A stretch of 64,000 bases of DNA. Origin: Chitinivibrionales bacterium. GTDB lineage: Bacteria > Fibrobacterota > Chitinivibrionia > Chitinivibrionales > WJKA01. Location of the stretch: assembly GCA_038247415.1 (NCBI GenBank), contig JBBRUX010000011.1, positions 28,199 to 92,198 on the forward strand, in the 5' to 3' direction. The notes under the pieces were generated by a model. That model saw nothing but the letters and a program-made list of their open reading frames with translations. It was not told the origin of the DNA and did not search any database. Within the stretch, counting starts at the first letter, position 1, and each line of letters begins with the position of its first letter. The position numbers and the translations under genes were made by a program. Shown here piece by piece: positions 29,795 through 40,035 of this stretch.

Positions 29795-32700
29795 ATGCGC
29801 TTAATTTCACGCTTTCTAGTATTAGTAGTGCTTACAACTGCTCCGGCATTTGCTGCCAATCATCCCGAAATTAAATGGCAATCGGTACCCACAAAGCACT
29901 TTCTCATAAACTACTATCCTGCAACAGAGCCTGCGGTTTATCCTGTTGCAAAGATTGCCGAAGAAGCATATGACAACCTTTCGAGTATTTATGGATTCAA
30001 CTTTCGCGAGCGTATCAATATCAATCTTATCGATTATGATGACATTTCAAATGGCTATGCAGATCCCATTTCAAATACTATAAGCATTCTTGTTCCTGAT
30101 ATCGAGTTTGACTTTCGCGGAAATACTCTTTGGCTTAGAAATGTTGTCGCGCACGAGCTTACTCACATTCTTTCTCTCTCACAGTATGGAGCACAATGGT
30201 ACGATTGGCAATTTGGCGCTTCCTACGAAGGCTCCCAATCTGATGCTGCAATCGCGATGCCGCTTCCGCTCATGCAACAATACCCTTCCTGGTTTTCTGA
30301 GGGCCTTGCGCAAATTGGCGCAGAGCAGATGCATTCGGATAGGTTTGATTCTCGACGAGAAATGCTCTTGCGCTGTGGCATACTAGAAAACAAAGAACTT
30401 TCTCTCGATGCCATGGCCACCTTCAACCACACGCCACTGGGCAACGAAAATGTTTACAATCAGGGATTTGGTTTCACTCGCTTTTTGCGCGACCGATATG
30501 GCATATCTGTATTGGCAAAAATAACAAACCTGCATCGTTCGCCTGCATTTGGCGTACAAACGATGAGATCGGCTTTTGAGCAGGTGACACACCATAGCCT
30601 TGACGCCGAGTATTCGGCATGGATTTCTTCTTCCAAAGAAGCCTTTTTAAAAGCAATCCCACAAGAGCCAACTCCCGAGACATCCCTTTTTAGCCAGGGC
30701 ATTTTTAACCTTAAGCCACGTGTTTCTTCCGATGCAAAGCTCTTAGGGTTTTTATCGAGTGCTGGTGGAGACGATGGCCAAACCGATCTTTTAATCATGC
30801 GTTTAAGCGATAAAAAGATTACACACCATATTCCTTATGCAACTGCTGCATGGTGTTTCTCCTCCGATAGCAAAACTATTTACTTTGTAAAATTACGCGA
30901 TCCCAACAGTCAAGGATCCTATCTTAACGATCTTTGTGCGTATTCGCTCTCATCGAACACGATACGCCGCATTACCCACAATGCCCGTATCTACGACTGC
31001 ATTGCTACCAATAACCCCGATACGCTCATTACAATCCGTTTTTTAAAGGGCGCTTATTCGCTTGCACAAACAGCAATCTCTACAGGTACCACGGTGGTTC
31101 TTATACAAGGTACTGTGGGCTCGCCCTTCAAGGGACTGGCTTTTGATGCAGTAAACAACGCAATCATAACCTCAAAAATCGAGCACGGCAATGCAGATAT
31201 TTGCCGAATCTCTCTTTCCACCAAAGAATCAACCGTACTTGTAGCATCCCCCTTTTCCGAAGAATCGCCAGCTCTAGGGTCCGATGGCAGGCTCTATTTC
31301 TCGGCCGATTACAACGGCATCTTCAACATCTATTCAACCGACTTGACAGGTGCAGACCTTCGATGCCACTCTGCAGTAGTTGGCGGGCTTTTTAATCCAC
31401 AACGGCACGCAGACAAAATTTTTTGCTCATCGTATCGTGCACGTGGCTTGAGCATTATATCAATAGACACCCTTGGTGCTGCATTTACTATCCCAGCTTC
31501 AGATACAGTTCGAGTCCTTGATCTCCCAGCCCCGTCGGGTCCGGTCTCAATCCGATCCACCCCGTATAAAGCACGTCAGCTAAAACCTGTTTGGGAAGGA
31601 CAAACGTTCTATAGTCTCTACGATTATTCAAATAAGATAGGCAGATCTTTTAACAATGGTTTAACGAGCTTCTTTGACAGCATAGGAGGGGAACTCTATC
31701 TCCGTGCATCAACAATGTCTTCCGATGCCCTGGGCAAATCATCGCAGCAGGTTTCATTTGGTTGTTTCCTCACTAATAAGGCCCTCAGCTATTATCGATA
31801 CAATGGCTTCTCGGGAGCCTTGCAATCAATTCGCCAAGAAGCTCCTTTAAGTAAAGAAATAAAAATATCCCAATCTCCTCAAGAAAGATTAAGAAGCGCT
31901 CTAAAGCATGATTTATCCCAATTTACAAAAACGCACAATACTCCTCTGGCAGCTACAACACCCAATTTTACGATTCCTCTCAATGCGCCAAAGATCGATT
32001 CTAATCCCGAAAATAGACAAGAAAACATGCAATCACCCCCTCTGGTGGCATTTGCAAACTTTTATGGTGTAAACACCTTCGCGGCCCCAACATTCTCACT
32101 CAATGCAACCCTTGTGCTACCTGCCTTTATCCCCCTTTTTCTCAGCCTCAATCCTAGTATCGATCTGGAGCTTGGTCGTGCAACAAACCTTATGCTTTCT
32201 CCGTCTATCGATCTATTCCTGGCCCGATACATACAGACGTCCTTCCCCTTTCAGGTAAACTGGTTGAACATAGGCCATACAACCACGGATATTTCGTATA
32301 CGTTAGCTGATGTCACAGCCCTATCTGGTGTCGCAGAAACAGGGTCAACATCATATTTTAATGACACCCTCGCCCAAGATTACAATCTCGCTTCGTCTCG
32401 GATTGGTCTTCTAGCTCTCCACGGATTCAGGCTCCCTTATTCTTCCTCGTTTGTTCTTAGAGGATCTGGAAATGTCAACTGGTTTTCTCGCCCCGTTTCC
32501 GACAATTTCAATTATGTTCTCGACAACGCCCTCACCTGGTGGAAAGTGAGTGAATCAAATACATTCAATTTTCCACTTGCACGAGCTATTAACAAAGGCG
32601 AAAAATTCTATGCCGATGCGGTGTATGGCCAAGTGGGCTATGGTTTAGAACTGTATGGCGATGGACACTATCCCCTAAACTTACATGCAAACGACTTCAC

Positions 32701-32866
32701 CAGATACAACCCTGATGCACTTCATGGGTTTGTGGAACATGTCGTTACTGCTGGGGTGACTTTCGGTTTTACAAATTCCTACGCATTTAATCAACAAGCC
32801 CAGGTTCTCTTTTCGTACTCGATTCTCCGGCAAAAAGGATATCTTTCAGCCTCAATCGGTTTTTAA
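29795..32866 (+). CDS. Zn-metallopeptidase + TolB/PD40-like propeller + C-terminal beta-barrel-like protein
   Basis: Signal peptide (PAFA|A), VVAHELTHI (HExxH) with WFSEGLA, propeller repeats (SPALGSDGRLYFSADYNGIFNIY), and terminal F (LSASIGF). Confidence 0.75.
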   Translation: MRLISRFLVLVVLTTAPAFAANHPEIKWQSVPTKHFLINYYPATEPAVYPVAKIAEEAYDNLSSIYGFNFRERININLIDYDDISNGYADPISNTISILVPDIEFDFRGNTLWLRNVVAHELTHILSLSQYGAQWYDWQFGASYEGSQSDAAIAMPLPLMQQYPSWFSEGLAQIGAEQMHSDRFDSRREMLLRCGILENKELSLDAMATFNHTPLGNENVYNQGFGFTRFLRDRYGISVLAKITNLHRSPAFGVQTMRSAFEQVTHHSLDAEYSAWISSSKEAFLKAIPQEPTPETSLFSQGIFNLKPRVSSDAKLLGFLSSAGGDDGQTDLLIMRLSDKKITHHIPYATAAWCFSSDSKTIYFVKLRDPNSQGSYLNDLCAYSLSSNTIRRITHNARIYDCIATNNPDTLITIRFLKGAYSLAQTAISTGTTVVLIQGTVGSPFKGLAFDAVNNAIITSKIEHGNADICRISLSTKESTVLVASPFSEESPALGSDGRLYFSADYNGIFNIYSTDLTGADLRCHSAVVGGLFNPQRHADKIFCSSYRARGLSIISIDTLGAAFTIPASDTVRVLDLPAPSGPVSIRSTPYKARQLKPVWEGQTFYSLYDYSNKIGRSFNNGLTSFFDSIGGELYLRASTMSSDALGKSSQQVSFGCFLTNKALSYYRYNGFSGALQSIRQEAPLSKEIKISQSPQERLRSALKHDLSQFTKTHNTPLAATTPNFTIPLNAPKIDSNPENRQENMQSPPLVAFANFYGVNTFAAPTFSLNATLVLPAFIPLFLSLNPSIDLELGRATNLMLSPSIDLFLARYIQTSFPFQVNWLNIGHTTTDISYTLADVTALSGVAETGSTSYFNDTLAQDYNLASSRIGLLALHGFRLPYSSSFVLRGSGNVNWFSRPVSDNFNYVLDNALTWWKVSESNTFNFPLARAINKGEKFYADAVYGQVGYGLELYGDGHYPLNLHANDFTRYNPDALHGFVEHVVTAGVTFGFTNSYAFNQQAQVLFSYSILRQKGYLSASIGF

Positions 32867-32875
32867 GGAAACACA

Positions 32876-33367
32876 ATGAAAAAACATTCTCCCTGTATTG
32901 GTGTTATTGGTGGCAACGAAGCATCAGAAGAAGTTATAGCCCTGGCATACGAGATCGGTAAACATGTCGCCCTCTCTGGCCTCATGCTCGTCACTGGTGG
33001 CCGTGGCGGCGTTATGGAAGCCGCAAGCAAAGGGGCTTCAGAGAATAATGGTATAGTTCTAGGAATCATTCCAACCGATTCCAAATCAGATGCTAATCCT
33101 TATGTAGATATTGTTATTCCCACGGGCATGGGCATCGGTAGAAATGTTCTTGTTGTTAAGACAGCCGATGTATGCATTGCATTCCCTGGCTCGTATGGCA
33201 CGCTCTCGGAAATTGGCCTTGCTCTTAATTTAGGTAAAACCGTGGTGGCGTTGCCAGGGGTGTGGAGTCTTAAAAAAGCGGGAATTGTAGATAGTAATTT
33301 ATTTAAGGAAGCGTTCACTGCCCAGCAAGCAATTGGCATAGCACTCAGTGCGCTGCAAGAAGTTTAG
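32876..33367 (+). CDS. LOG-like protein, TIGR00725 family
   Basis: IGVIGG, TGGRGGVMEAASKGA, TGMGIGRN and PGSYGTLSEI. Confidence 0.9.
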   Translation: MKKHSPCIGVIGGNEASEEVIALAYEIGKHVALSGLMLVTGGRGGVMEAASKGASENNGIVLGIIPTDSKSDANPYVDIVIPTGMGIGRNVLVVKTADVCIAFPGSYGTLSEIGLALNLGKTVVALPGVWSLKKAGIVDSNLFKEAFTAQQAIGIALSALQEV

Positions 33368-33407
33368 TCCTTCATAATTATGAGAACAATAAGTATTGCG
33401 CTTCATC

Positions 33408-34208
33408 CTAAGGATTCCACTCAACGTCGGTTTCTTCACCAAAAAGCCTTTTGGTGATAGTTCCAATGCTTACCGAAATGGCAATTTCTCGCAACGGAAT
33501 TTTATCGCTAAACCGGCTTGAAGGCGTAACCGAAACTTCTAAAGAAATATAGGGTTTACCATTTGGCTTAGCAGTAGCGCTTTGGGGAAAAAAATCAATC
33601 GAAAGCCAACCACTCAGATTATTACTATTCGAATACCCTTTTCCTGCAACCCCTCCGGTATCGTAATTTTGACCCGAAATTAAATATAGTCGTGGTCCAA
33701 AACCAATGTATCCAAAATGCTTAATATGGAATTGTGGCCCAAGCGCCGCAGCAATATCGATTCCGCCATATTGCGCATTGTATTTATTTGCCGACATAAA
33801 ATAATTTCCCGAGGCATGCGCCCCAATTGACATTACATCATTAAAATAAAATGGCGTTGCGATCGTTGCGTTCACACCACCGCTTAATCCGTATTTGCCA
33901 TGAAATGCTGCAAGCGTATCCCCAACTCCTAAAGTATCTCCGCCAACCTCAACCTGCGTAGCGCCGGCCTCAACACCAAGCGTTAAAAGCGAAGATGGCG
34001 CAACCGCAAATCGTAAATGTATGCGGTTAAGCAGCATAGGGACCGAATCTTTACCAATAGATACACCAGCTATCCCATACGATGCACCAACCACTCCTCG
34101 CGCTTGAGGAATTGGCGTGGCAGGATTTGAAAGAGTAAATGAAGAAACACCCTTTGATCCACCAATAATTCCAACTATCAATGCTGTAATAGTAAGTAGT
34201 CTCATCAT
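33408..34208 (-). CDS. Putative outer-membrane beta-barrel protein
   Basis: Signal peptide, Gly/aromatic amphipathic strands, and ATGA overlap with the upstream Ig-domain gene. Confidence 0.55.
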   Translation of the reverse strand: MMRLLTITALIVGIIGGSKGVSSFTLSNPATPIPQARGVVGASYGIAGVSIGKDSVPMLLNRIHLRFAVAPSSLLTLGVEAGATQVEVGGDTLGVGDTLAAFHGKYGLSGGVNATIATPFYFNDVMSIGAHASGNYFMSANKYNAQYGGIDIAAALGPQFHIKHFGYIGFGPRLYLISGQNYDTGGVAGKGYSNSNNLSGWLSIDFFPQSATAKPNGKPYISLEVSVTPSSRFSDKIPLREIAISVSIGTITKRLFGEETDVEWNP

Positions 34209-37200
34209 GGCCGAGGCGTCCAGTATTTAAAGTCTTCATCCAAAATTGGTAATATGAAATTTTCGGGACTTAAAGCAACACAACCCTGAGCTTCTGCCGT
34301 CAGCATAACGCGGACACGCAGAGCATCGGATTGACCATAAGTAATAATATTTTCTGCAACACCACCTACTGTTTGTATAGTTCGGGTAATGGTAGCTGCG
34401 GTTGCAGGATCGGGCACACCATTGTTATTCCAGTCCATATCATGAAACCCGCCTTTTTGGCCATCATGCACAAAAATGGAATCATAGCCAGGAGCAGCCT
34501 TAAACTGAGCTTCTGTTACACCTCCCAAAAGCGGTTCGATTGTGTCGTATCTGCCATTCCTGTTAAGATCAGCATACGTAAACCGTGCCACAGGCGATCC
34601 TAACGAATCGTAGCTTATCCAATAATAGCCTGGTTCAGGAAGAGTATCTCTCCGGCCATTCCAATTAATATCTTCAAATCCTGGGCCAGGGTTAAACTTT
34701 CCATCGCCATCTACATCTTCTCCCCTATTAGGCCAACCATCGCGATTATTATCTTCTCCAGGGTCAAGGTGATAGTTATCATTCAAATCTTCGAAAGTCA
34801 GCTCTTCTGGAATAGTGTCTATATTATAGTAATAATCCCATCCACTATAAGAATTGTTTGAATATTGATTATGAAGAAGATTTGTTCCTATTTTGTATAT
34901 AATATAGGCAGTCATTTTCATACCGAACGTAACCTCCGTCCCATCTGCCACAGGGTTCCCATTAATATCAGAAACAATAGCAGCAACCTTCATGCTATAC
35001 GTTCCATTATTATTATTAACGAGCTTACCAATGTTTCGACGAATAGTGATGTACTTGGGAGGCCCCGCAATAGTGAACTTTGCAGTATCAGACTTTATTG
35101 CGCCATACTCACCAGCTACAACCCATACTTCCCTAAAATTACTTGGGATTGTACCCGATTTGAGATATGTTACCGCAGAACCATCGTACCCAGTTATGGC
35201 AGTTGGTGGATCGAGAAATTCGCCACCACCAGGTCCATTTGCGAGGTTAAAACTGATTGTTGCATCCTTGACACGGTTGCCCGTAGAATCGTAGGCAATT
35301 GCCGTTATTTTAGATCTATCGCCATTGGTTGAAATTACTTCTGGTGTTCCCGTAAGCACGATACGGTGTATCCTGCTCGCCTTGAAATACACACTAATTG
35401 ACGTAGATGTAATTTCGGTTGTTGATTTAGCTTTAACTGCAATGCTTGCAGTATTTGCAAAATCTGGATTTTTTAAATAAAATGATGCGTTTCCAGAACC
35501 ATCGGTAGTAAGCGTTTCTGCAAAGACTGTTTCGGTTGATTTTGCAATAGTTCCCAGTGTAACACTTATTTCAAGGAGTGCTCCACTAATAGGAGTTGTT
35601 TGATCGCCCTTCAAATAAGAAATGGAAATTCGCGTACTGTCATGCCCATTGGCAAGATAGGAATGGGGGGAACCAGCAGCCGATACGGTATCGATCTTTA
35701 AAATATTGGTTGAATAATAGATGGAAACAGTTGCCGAGGCCCCGGCTGCTTTAAAACTTATAGTATCGATGCCGACCCCTGTGCCTGCAACTTTAAAATG
35801 CGATTCTCCCCGATTATTCGTAGCCGAATCAACAGGAATTATAGTTGTTTGAGGCTGCTGCCGGTATACATTGACAATTTCACCTACAATAGGGTTCCTA
35901 TTTGCATCAATGAGAGTAACCGTTACAGTGCTCGTATCTTTACCGCTCGAACTGATACTGACAGGAGCTGCAGCTGCAGACAAAGCAACCCCGGCAAATT
36001 CAACTTGAGCAGTGATCTTGCGGGTTGGATCGCGATCGAGCGTTGCAGTAACCGTAGAAATAAAATTTCTTCTGTCACTGGTTAGAGCCGCAATTGCCTT
36101 GCCATCTTCGTTAGTGATTGCCGATGCGACAACCATACCGGCATCGGAAATAAAATTGATCTTATCGCCAACGAGAGGATTATTAACTTCGTTTTTGATT
36201 TGCACTGTAATTTTTGATTGACTAGTACCATCGGCAAGAATCACTGATGGGAGCGCGTTAATTGTCATAACGCGAGTTGCAACGCATTTGATTTGTAATT
36301 CGGCATTTGCACTATTACCCGAAGACTCAAAACCCGTCGCCTCCAGACGAATGGTACCATCGTAGGCGAGCGCTGGAATCTTGAAATCAGCAACTCCATT
36401 GGCATTGGTGAGTGCGGTAACCGTATCGGCCTGTTCGGATCCGCTACTAGACAAAGAATGCTTGATTAAACGAATGACTTTTGAAGCCAAAAGTGCCCCG
36501 TTATTCTGACTAAATGTGGCGTGCACCCAGGTAGTGTCGCGGCGAGCTTGCAAGAGAGCCGCTTCGGCAACAAGCTTAAGACTAAGATTAGTAACATTAA
36601 TTTTAAATCCAGTTCGCGCGCCGGCTGCAATAATGACAACCGAATCTGAACCTGTTGCACTCCCTGTAATAGTAGCACGTGCATTACCATCAAATCCTGT
36701 TACAGTATCTACGCTGCCTTGCTCAAATGATAAATTTGAGGTTATCCCTTTACCAAATAAAAAATAGATGGGCGTATTGGCAACCGGAACACCAGAACCA
36801 TTCAAAACGGTGGCCGTCAAACGAGATTTTGCTCCGGTAGCAAGGTTTGAGGAATCTGCCCGAACAACAATAGATACGCCAAGAAATGCAACGCGTGTCT
36901 CAGCATTTTTTGATCGATCCGACAGGAGAACCGCTGTAACAAAGGCAGTGTCGTTAATTGGTGTGCTGGTAAGCTTTGCGCGTGCTAAGCCATCTGGCCC
37001 AACCTTAGATTGCCCAGGGAGGCTAGCTGATGGAGGATCGATACCGGCTATCACACCAGCAGTCGTTATAAACTGAACCGGCTCACCTGCGGGAACAGGG
37101 TTATGCTGTTCATTAAGAACGCGTACATTAATGTATGTAAAATCAGAACCATCAGCCTTAATGGAAGGACTCTCTGGCCATATTGCAATGAGCTTTTGGA

Positions 37201-37657
37201 TCTTGTCTGTAGTGTTTGTTACATCGAGTCTGAGTGTTTGAAGGGAACCATAGCACGATGCCGTAACCAAAACATTTTGATGCTCGGTTGAATCTGTAAA
37301 GTATACAAGAGCCCGTCCGTTGGTATCGGTAATAACTGAATCACGCACAATTTTTCCCTGAGATGAACTTATCCGAACCAATGCACGGGACAATGGCTTG
37401 CTCGAATCGCTAATCGTAGAATCTCGCAGTACCAGAATACGAATCGCCAGGGTATCACCAATTCGTACATAGGCGCTATCGCTCGAGAGAACCAGCGATG
37501 GATTTACCACAGGAGGGACTATGGGAATGATAGTACCAGGCTTCACGCCTCCAGGATTAACTAAGGAACCAAGATCATCCTTTATGGTACATGCGCACCA
37601 GAGAGTTACAGCAGAGCACAACACCACACGTGCAAATGTACGAATTCGTTGGTTCAC
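34205..37657 (-). CDS. Large lipoprotein with tandem bacterial Ig-like (Big_1/invasin) domains and Ca-binding-type repeats
   Basis: Lipobox LWCAC, repeated I.ADG...I.V.V......P...V.F....G.....T...G.A units, and C-terminal D-x-[ND]-x-[ND]-G repeats. Confidence 0.8.
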   Translation of the reverse strand: MNQRIRTFARVVLCSAVTLWCACTIKDDLGSLVNPGGVKPGTIIPIVPPVVNPSLVLSSDSAYVRIGDTLAIRILVLRDSTISDSSKPLSRALVRISSSQGKIVRDSVITDTNGRALVYFTDSTEHQNVLVTASCYGSLQTLRLDVTNTTDKIQKLIAIWPESPSIKADGSDFTYINVRVLNEQHNPVPAGEPVQFITTAGVIAGIDPPSASLPGQSKVGPDGLARAKLTSTPINDTAFVTAVLLSDRSKNAETRVAFLGVSIVVRADSSNLATGAKSRLTATVLNGSGVPVANTPIYFLFGKGITSNLSFEQGSVDTVTGFDGNARATITGSATGSDSVVIIAAGARTGFKINVTNLSLKLVAEAALLQARRDTTWVHATFSQNNGALLASKVIRLIKHSLSSSGSEQADTVTALTNANGVADFKIPALAYDGTIRLEATGFESSGNSANAELQIKCVATRVMTINALPSVILADGTSQSKITVQIKNEVNNPLVGDKINFISDAGMVVASAITNEDGKAIAALTSDRRNFISTVTATLDRDPTRKITAQVEFAGVALSAAAAPVSISSSGKDTSTVTVTLIDANRNPIVGEIVNVYRQQPQTTIIPVDSATNNRGESHFKVAGTGVGIDTISFKAAGASATVSIYYSTNILKIDTVSAAGSPHSYLANGHDSTRISISYLKGDQTTPISGALLEISVTLGTIAKSTETVFAETLTTDGSGNASFYLKNPDFANTASIAVKAKSTTEITSTSISVYFKASRIHRIVLTGTPEVISTNGDRSKITAIAYDSTGNRVKDATISFNLANGPGGGEFLDPPTAITGYDGSAVTYLKSGTIPSNFREVWVVAGEYGAIKSDTAKFTIAGPPKYITIRRNIGKLVNNNNGTYSMKVAAIVSDINGNPVADGTEVTFGMKMTAYIIYKIGTNLLHNQYSNNSYSGWDYYYNIDTIPEELTFEDLNDNYHLDPGEDNNRDGWPNRGEDVDGDGKFNPGPGFEDINWNGRRDTLPEPGYYWISYDSLGSPVARFTYADLNRNGRYDTIEPLLGGVTEAQFKAAPGYDSIFVHDGQKGGFHDMDWNNNGVPDPATAATITRTIQTVGGVAENIITYGQSDALRVRVMLTAEAQGCVALSPENFILPILDEDFKYWTPRP

Positions 37658-37765
37658 AGAAAAGCCTCCTTGGCCTACAAATTATGCTACATCAGGGCAA
37701 AACACACCTCGCATCGACTATATTAAGTATACTCTTTGAACAAGCTCGTATCAAGCATATATGCC

Positions 37766-39094
37766 ATGAAAAACCTCGTTATCGCTTCTGTTGAAAAAAA
37801 ATCCGCCGGATCCATAGCTGGATTTCATCCCCGTGATACCGTATTGGAAGTAGATGGCAATACCATTATCGATGAAATTGATTTTAGTTTTTATACCGCA
37901 ATCGAGACGTGCACCGTTTCGATAGAGCGTAATGGTAAACCTCATACTATTGTCCTTCACAGAAATTATTCTCAACCATTGGGTATAACATTTGTAGAAC
38001 CACCGCTCAAACGGTGCGGAAACAAGTGCATATTCTGCTTTATCGACCAAATGCCAAAAGGTCTTCGCAAATCGCTCTACATCAAAGACGAAGATGTCAT
38101 GCACTCTTTTGTTAATGGCAATTATGTAACATTGTCAACTATTCGCGCAGCAGAACTCGAAAGAATCATAGAGCGCGGACTTTCTCCCTTGTATTTATCG
38201 GTACATGCAACCGACCCCGCTATCCGAAAAAAACTATTAGGAAATAGCCGTGCACCAGATATTCTGCCTCAATTAAAAAAACTCTCAAAGGGCGGCATTT
38301 GCTTTCATACACAAATTGTGGTGTGCCCTACATTCAATGATGGCGAAATACTTATGCAAACAATCAAGGATCTTTTTACCTTTAAAAGATCCTTGCTCTC
38401 TGTTGCTATTGTGCCCGTTGGGTTAACACGGCACCGCCGAATAGAGCTTACTCCCTTTACACAAGCAACTGCAAAAAACGTTGTTGATACTATTTCTAAA
38501 CTATCGGATACTTTTTTAAAACGCGATGGGATTCGCAGGCTCTTTATCGCCGACGAACTTTTTATCAAAGCAGCCATAAAGATACCATCCCATACATATT
38601 ATCAAGATTTTCCTCAGATCGAAAATGGCATCGGCCTCGTACGCACCATTCTTGACGAATGGAAAGATCTGCGCCCAGCGCTCGTAAAGAACCCCTTAAA
38701 AAAATCGGCTCCAAAAAACATCGTCATCGCAACATCGGTTTCGGCCGTTGCTTTTATTCGCACCATTTTTTCGGAACTTCGTGCAGGCATTCCCAGTATT
38801 ACCGCTACTATTATTGCAGTTCCCAACACATTCTTTGGCGAAAGCGTTACCGTTGCAGGATTATTATCGGGCAAAGACACCATTCGAGCGTTGCGTCCTT
38901 TTGCTAAGGGTGCTGCACATGTCATCATTCCTGCAGTCATGCTCAATCGCCTTAACCACACACTCGATGGGTATTCACCGCAACGCATGAGTGCCGTGCT
39001 TGGAGCCCCAGTTACACCATGCGCCGATATGCATGATGTGTGCGCACTTTTTTATAAACAATCTTCTGTCAGGAATAACGACCGTGAACCATAA
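37766..39094 (+). CDS. PDZ + radical-SAM-like Fe-S protein (DUF512 / TIGR03279 family)
   Basis: N-terminal PDZ-like segment, CGNKCIFCFIDQMPKGLRKSLY.KD.D, QIENGIG and VTVAGLLSG. Confidence 0.9.
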   Translation: MKNLVIASVEKKSAGSIAGFHPRDTVLEVDGNTIIDEIDFSFYTAIETCTVSIERNGKPHTIVLHRNYSQPLGITFVEPPLKRCGNKCIFCFIDQMPKGLRKSLYIKDEDVMHSFVNGNYVTLSTIRAAELERIIERGLSPLYLSVHATDPAIRKKLLGNSRAPDILPQLKKLSKGGICFHTQIVVCPTFNDGEILMQTIKDLFTFKRSLLSVAIVPVGLTRHRRIELTPFTQATAKNVVDTISKLSDTFLKRDGIRRLFIADELFIKAAIKIPSHTYYQDFPQIENGIGLVRTILDEWKDLRPALVKNPLKKSAPKNIVIATSVSAVAFIRTIFSELRAGIPSITATIIAVPNTFFGESVTVAGLLSGKDTIRALRPFAKGAAHVIIPAVMLNRLNHTLDGYSPQRMSAVLGAPVTPCADMHDVCALFYKQSSVRNNDREP

Positions 39095-39974
39095 CTCAGC
39101 AAAATCGTATGCTTATAATAAAAACAAGGCGCCTGTTAAACGCGACAGGCCTTCTTCGCCCCGAACCAAGACACCCATCGCAGCAGCGCAAACACCAATC
39201 CGATCGGATGCTCCCCTACGGCTTAACCGATATCTTGCGCAATGCGGACTTGGAGCTCGGCGTGCATGCGATGAAATTATTGCAACAGGGCACATTTTTA
39301 TAAACGATGTTGCGGTTATAAAATTAGGCACAATCGTCGATCCCGCGCGCGATACGGTGACATACCGCGGCAAACAGATTAAACAGATCCGATCGCTGGA
39401 ATATTATGCTTATTATAAGCCAAAAGATGTAATCGTTACCAAAGATGACCCAGAATCCCGTACCACAATTTTTGAAGCCCTTAAAGCATCGGGACATCCG
39501 ATAGACCACCTTAATTACGTAGGGCGTCTCGATCGCAATTCCGAAGGACTTTTGCTGCTCACTAACGACGGCAGCCTTATTCACACGCTCACGCATCCCC
39601 GATTTCATATCAAGAAAGTTTACCGCATCCGGACTGGCGTCCCGCTTACGGCTGCTCATGCACGACAAATGGTAGAAGAAGGCGTTGCCTCGGAAGATCA
39701 AATTCTTCATGCTGGTGATATACGGCCAGATCCCGTTAAAGGCGAGAATGGCTTGGAATATTGGTATGAAATTGATTTATACGAAGGCAAAAACAGGCAA
39801 ATTCGCCGTATGTTCGAAACATTAGGCTACGAAGTTGTACGCCTCAAACGTACCCAATTCGGCAATGTAAAGCTTGGTGATCTGCATCGAGGAGCACTGC
39901 GTCCATTAACAGAAAAAGAGCGGGAAGCCCTCTTGCATTATGGACATCCAACAGCCACAAAGCAAGGCACATAA
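39084..39974 (+). CDS. rluB: rRNA pseudouridine synthase (RsuA/RluB family)
   Basis: S4 domain RLNRYLAQCGLGARR, catalytic VGRLDRNSEGLLLLTNDG and EGKNRQIRRM. Start codon (GTG 39084) uncertain. Confidence 0.85.
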   Translation: MNHNSAKSYAYNKNKAPVKRDRPSSPRTKTPIAAAQTPIRSDAPLRLNRYLAQCGLGARRACDEIIATGHIFINDVAVIKLGTIVDPARDTVTYRGKQIKQIRSLEYYAYYKPKDVIVTKDDPESRTTIFEALKASGHPIDHLNYVGRLDRNSEGLLLLTNDGSLIHTLTHPRFHIKKVYRIRTGVPLTAAHARQMVEEGVASEDQILHAGDIRPDPVKGENGLEYWYEIDLYEGKNRQIRRMFETLGYEVVRLKRTQFGNVKLGDLHRGALRPLTEKEREALLHYGHPTATKQGT

Positions 39975-40035
39975 TACCTTGCTACCCCGGCTCTGTGCAT
40001 GCGGCGCACAGTATAAATCCTGTGTGCCGTAATAC

